From assembly GCA_963722075.1 (NCBI GenBank), contig CAVRJM010000001.1, forward strand, positions 608,001 through 672,000: a stretch of 64,000 bases of DNA, written 5' to 3'. This document shows, piece after piece, positions 62,044 to 64,000 of the stretch; positions within the stretch are counted from its first letter, which is position 1; each line of letters opens with the position of its first letter. The translations under genes and the position numbers were made by a program. Under the pieces are notes generated by a model. That model searched no databases. It worked only from the letters and a program-made list of their open reading frames with translations, and was not told the origin of the DNA. The DNA is from Candidatus Babeliales bacterium (GTDB lineage: Bacteria > Babelota > Babeliae > Babelales > JANWKD01).

Positions 62044-63183
62044 ATGCTTTCCAGCCAATATGTTATTTCTCTCTTTTATAGCTCTTTTTTCATTATCGTA
62101 GGCCTTCTGGGAATAGGCTTTTTGATAGGATTCCATGAGCTGGGCCATTTTATATTCTGCAAGGTATTTAATATACGAACCCCTTCCTTCTCTATTGGTA
62201 TGGGTCCTCGTATCCTTACCAAAAAGATCGGCGAGACCGAATTTGCCTTATCGCTGCTACCTCTAGGCGGATACGTAGAAATAGCCGGATCAGCTGAAGT
62301 TGGCCAAGGCGAACAAAAAGAAGCGCATAGCAAAGACGAGCGGTCCTTTGCGGTTAAACCGTATTATCAAAAAATGCTGGTGATGGCAGGTGGCATTTTA
62401 TTTAACTTAATTTTTGCTTATATGGCGCTTTCTTTCCTTTATTTTATCGGTATGCCTAAAACCCCGTTCTTATACCCGCTCCATGCATCTACCGTCATTA
62501 GTAATGTTGATGAAGAAACCCCAGCGGCTCAGGCTCATTTACAACCAGGCGATAAGATTCTTGCATTTAACAAAACAACTACCCGCAATGCAGCTGAGCT
62601 TATTAATCTCATTAAGGATCTTCCCAATACTCCCGCACAGCTTCTTATCGAACGCAATGGCACACAGCAGGCAGTTGATGTTACCATAGGTTCCCGCGAA
62701 GTTAACAAAAAAGATGTTGGGTTCTTAGGGGTAGAATTTGAAATCCCTCGCTTTGGCGTTATTGAATCGATTAAACATGGTATTTCAGCTACTAACTATC
62801 TGATTGGTCATATCTGCAGCGCTTTCAAAAATATTTTTGCAGGACGTGAATTAAATAATTTGGGCGGGCCATTAATGGTTATTTCTCAGACAATTAAAGG
62901 GGCTGAAAAAGGATTTAAAATTTTCTTATTGTTGCTTGCATTCATTAGCATTAACTTAGCTATTTTAAATATTATTCCGCTGCCTATTATGGATGGCGGA
63001 CAAGCATTATTTTATACGATTGAAGCAATCATACGTAAACCGCTTAATGAAAAAGTACGTGAATATATTCATTATGCTACGTGGATTTTACTGCTTATTT
63101 TGGTGGTGTATTTAAGTATTAAAGACGTGATTACGATTTTTGGCTTAAAGGGCTTGTTTAGTAAATTTTTTGGGAAAAATTAA
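62044..63183 (+). CDS. rseP: RseP-family (M50) intramembrane metalloprotease with PDZ domain
   Basis: HELGH, FSIGMGP, PLGGYV, PDZ LQPGDKI, NIIPLPIMDGG; start at ATG 62044 behind GGAG. Confidence 0.93.
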   Translation: MLSSQYVISLFYSSFFIIVGLLGIGFLIGFHELGHFIFCKVFNIRTPSFSIGMGPRILTKKIGETEFALSLLPLGGYVEIAGSAEVGQGEQKEAHSKDERSFAVKPYYQKMLVMAGGILFNLIFAYMALSFLYFIGMPKTPFLYPLHASTVISNVDEETPAAQAHLQPGDKILAFNKTTTRNAAELINLIKDLPNTPAQLLIERNGTQQAVDVTIGSREVNKKDVGFLGVEFEIPRFGVIESIKHGISATNYLIGHICSAFKNIFAGRELNNLGGPLMVISQTIKGAEKGFKIFLLLLAFISINLAILNIIPLPIMDGGQALFYTIEAIIRKPLNEKVREYIHYATWILLLILVVYLSIKDVITIFGLKGLFSKFFGKN

Positions 63184-63193
63184 GAATATAAAA

Positions 63194-63225
63194 AACATGG
63201 GTGCGTATTTTTGCGCACCCATGTT
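63194..63225. terminator. Bidirectional terminator hairpin
   Basis: AACATGGGTGCG...CGCACCCATGTT between convergent genes. Confidence 0.75.
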
Positions 63226-63230
63226 AATAA

Positions 63231-63626
63231 TTATTTCGTTAGTTCGCTAACTTTAGCATCATTACGATTTCTTCTTCTCACTTTTTTCATTCTTTTAGAA
63301 TGCCGCTTATCTTTTATGTACTTTTTAATAAATTCATCAAATTTCTTTTTACATTGCTTATCCAACTTACCTTCTTGCTCTTCATATGTTTGAGCTAGTT
63401 CCATAAATTGAGTACACGCCTCTTGGTTACTCTCTTTACATTCCACATAAACTTTAGTTAAAGCAGAAAATTTTTTACTCAGATCCCGGGTACTTATCCT
63501 ATAAAATGCCCCAGTATTAAGCGCAGTAGAAAACCGATCACTAATAGCTAAAAAGCGCTCTTTTTCTGCTTGTCCCCCAACCGCTATACATGGGATTAAC
63601 AATAATAATAACAACAGTCTTTTCAT
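63231..63626 (-). CDS. Small secreted helical hypothetical protein
   Basis: Signal peptide; ECKESNQEAC Cys pair; basic C-terminus. Confidence 0.65.
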   Translation of the reverse strand: MKRLLLLLLLIPCIAVGGQAEKERFLAISDRFSTALNTGAFYRISTRDLSKKFSALTKVYVECKESNQEACTQFMELAQTYEEQEGKLDKQCKKKFDEFIKKYIKDKRHSKRMKKVRRRNRNDAKVSELTK

Positions 63627-63633
63627 AAAAACC

Positions 63634-63873
63634 CTAACTATCTAAATGTGTCCTATTTCTTAATTCAGCTAAATATTCTATCCAATTAAACGATTGATCA
63701 TCATCTAATTCCAGATCAAAAGTATTGAAATCAACTTCATTTTTTCGTTCTCTATGATAAATACTTTTAATTAACTGAGAAAATCTTTCGCTAATTGATT
63801 CTAAATTAGATTCTGTACCAAGCGCTACATACGGTAGTAGCATTGATAATAACATTAGTTTTTTCATAAACAT
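63634..63873 (-). CDS. Small secreted hypothetical protein (paralog-like to 63231)
   Basis: MKKLMLLSMLLPYVALG...SISERFSQL versus MKRLLLLLLLIPCIAVG...AISDRFSTAL. Confidence 0.55.
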   Translation of the reverse strand: MFMKKLMLLSMLLPYVALGTESNLESISERFSQLIKSIYHRERKNEVDFNTFDLELDDDQSFNWIEYLAELRNRTHLDS

Positions 63874-63898
63874 CCTTATAAGGTAGAATTCTATTAAT

Positions 63899-63983
63899 GG
63901 ATGGCCATCCGTCTACGTTAAAACTTCGCCGAGACAAGCGCCTTGTCCGCCTTAGCCTTGGCGGCGGCGGATCGCCATGACAA
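63899..63983. repeat. REP-doublet-like palindromic element
   Basis: TCCGTCTACGTTAAAACTTCGCCGAGACAAG-cgc-CTTGTCCGCCTTAGCCTTGGCGGCGGCGGA inside GGATGGCCA...TCGCCATGACAA. Confidence 0.65.
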
Positions 63984-64000
63984 TATGCACATGGATTGTC

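Overview
AT-rich bacterial chromosome segment with a strong minus-strand gene bias. The gene content (archaeal-type ATP-dependent DNA ligase, signal-peptide ankyrin and orphan proteins, compact housekeeping operons) suggests a host-associated lineage such as Candidatus Dependentiae/Babelota (TM6); this is inference. The right third (42.7-61.8 kb) is a contiguous str-S10-spc-alpha ribosomal superoperon (rpsL to rplQ). It lacks rpmD, has an N-terminally shortened S4, and has Arg in S12 at the E. coli K42 position. The left part holds housekeeping genes (rsmG, lig, plsY, pgsA, secD, serS, hup, tatD, rnhA, gap, nfo, pgm, sbcC), three tRNAs (Met, Leu-GAG, Ile2) and many secreted orphans. The most notable structures are: (1) a 1.6-kb cassette with a secreted beta-propeller gene bracketed by a duplicated sbcC promoter and first 18 codons; (2) an IS4/IS701-like element (6-bp TSD) inside an IS1202/ISNCY-like element (17-bp TSD), itself inside an ~879-aa secreted gene, all reconstructable in frame; (3) nested palindromic REP-like elements at 11.6 kb and 63.9 kb; (4) secreted proteins with BC-box/SOCS-box-like motifs and a shared [A/G/S]-M signal-peptide junction. 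No CRISPR array, rRNA, reverse transcriptase or prophage was seen.
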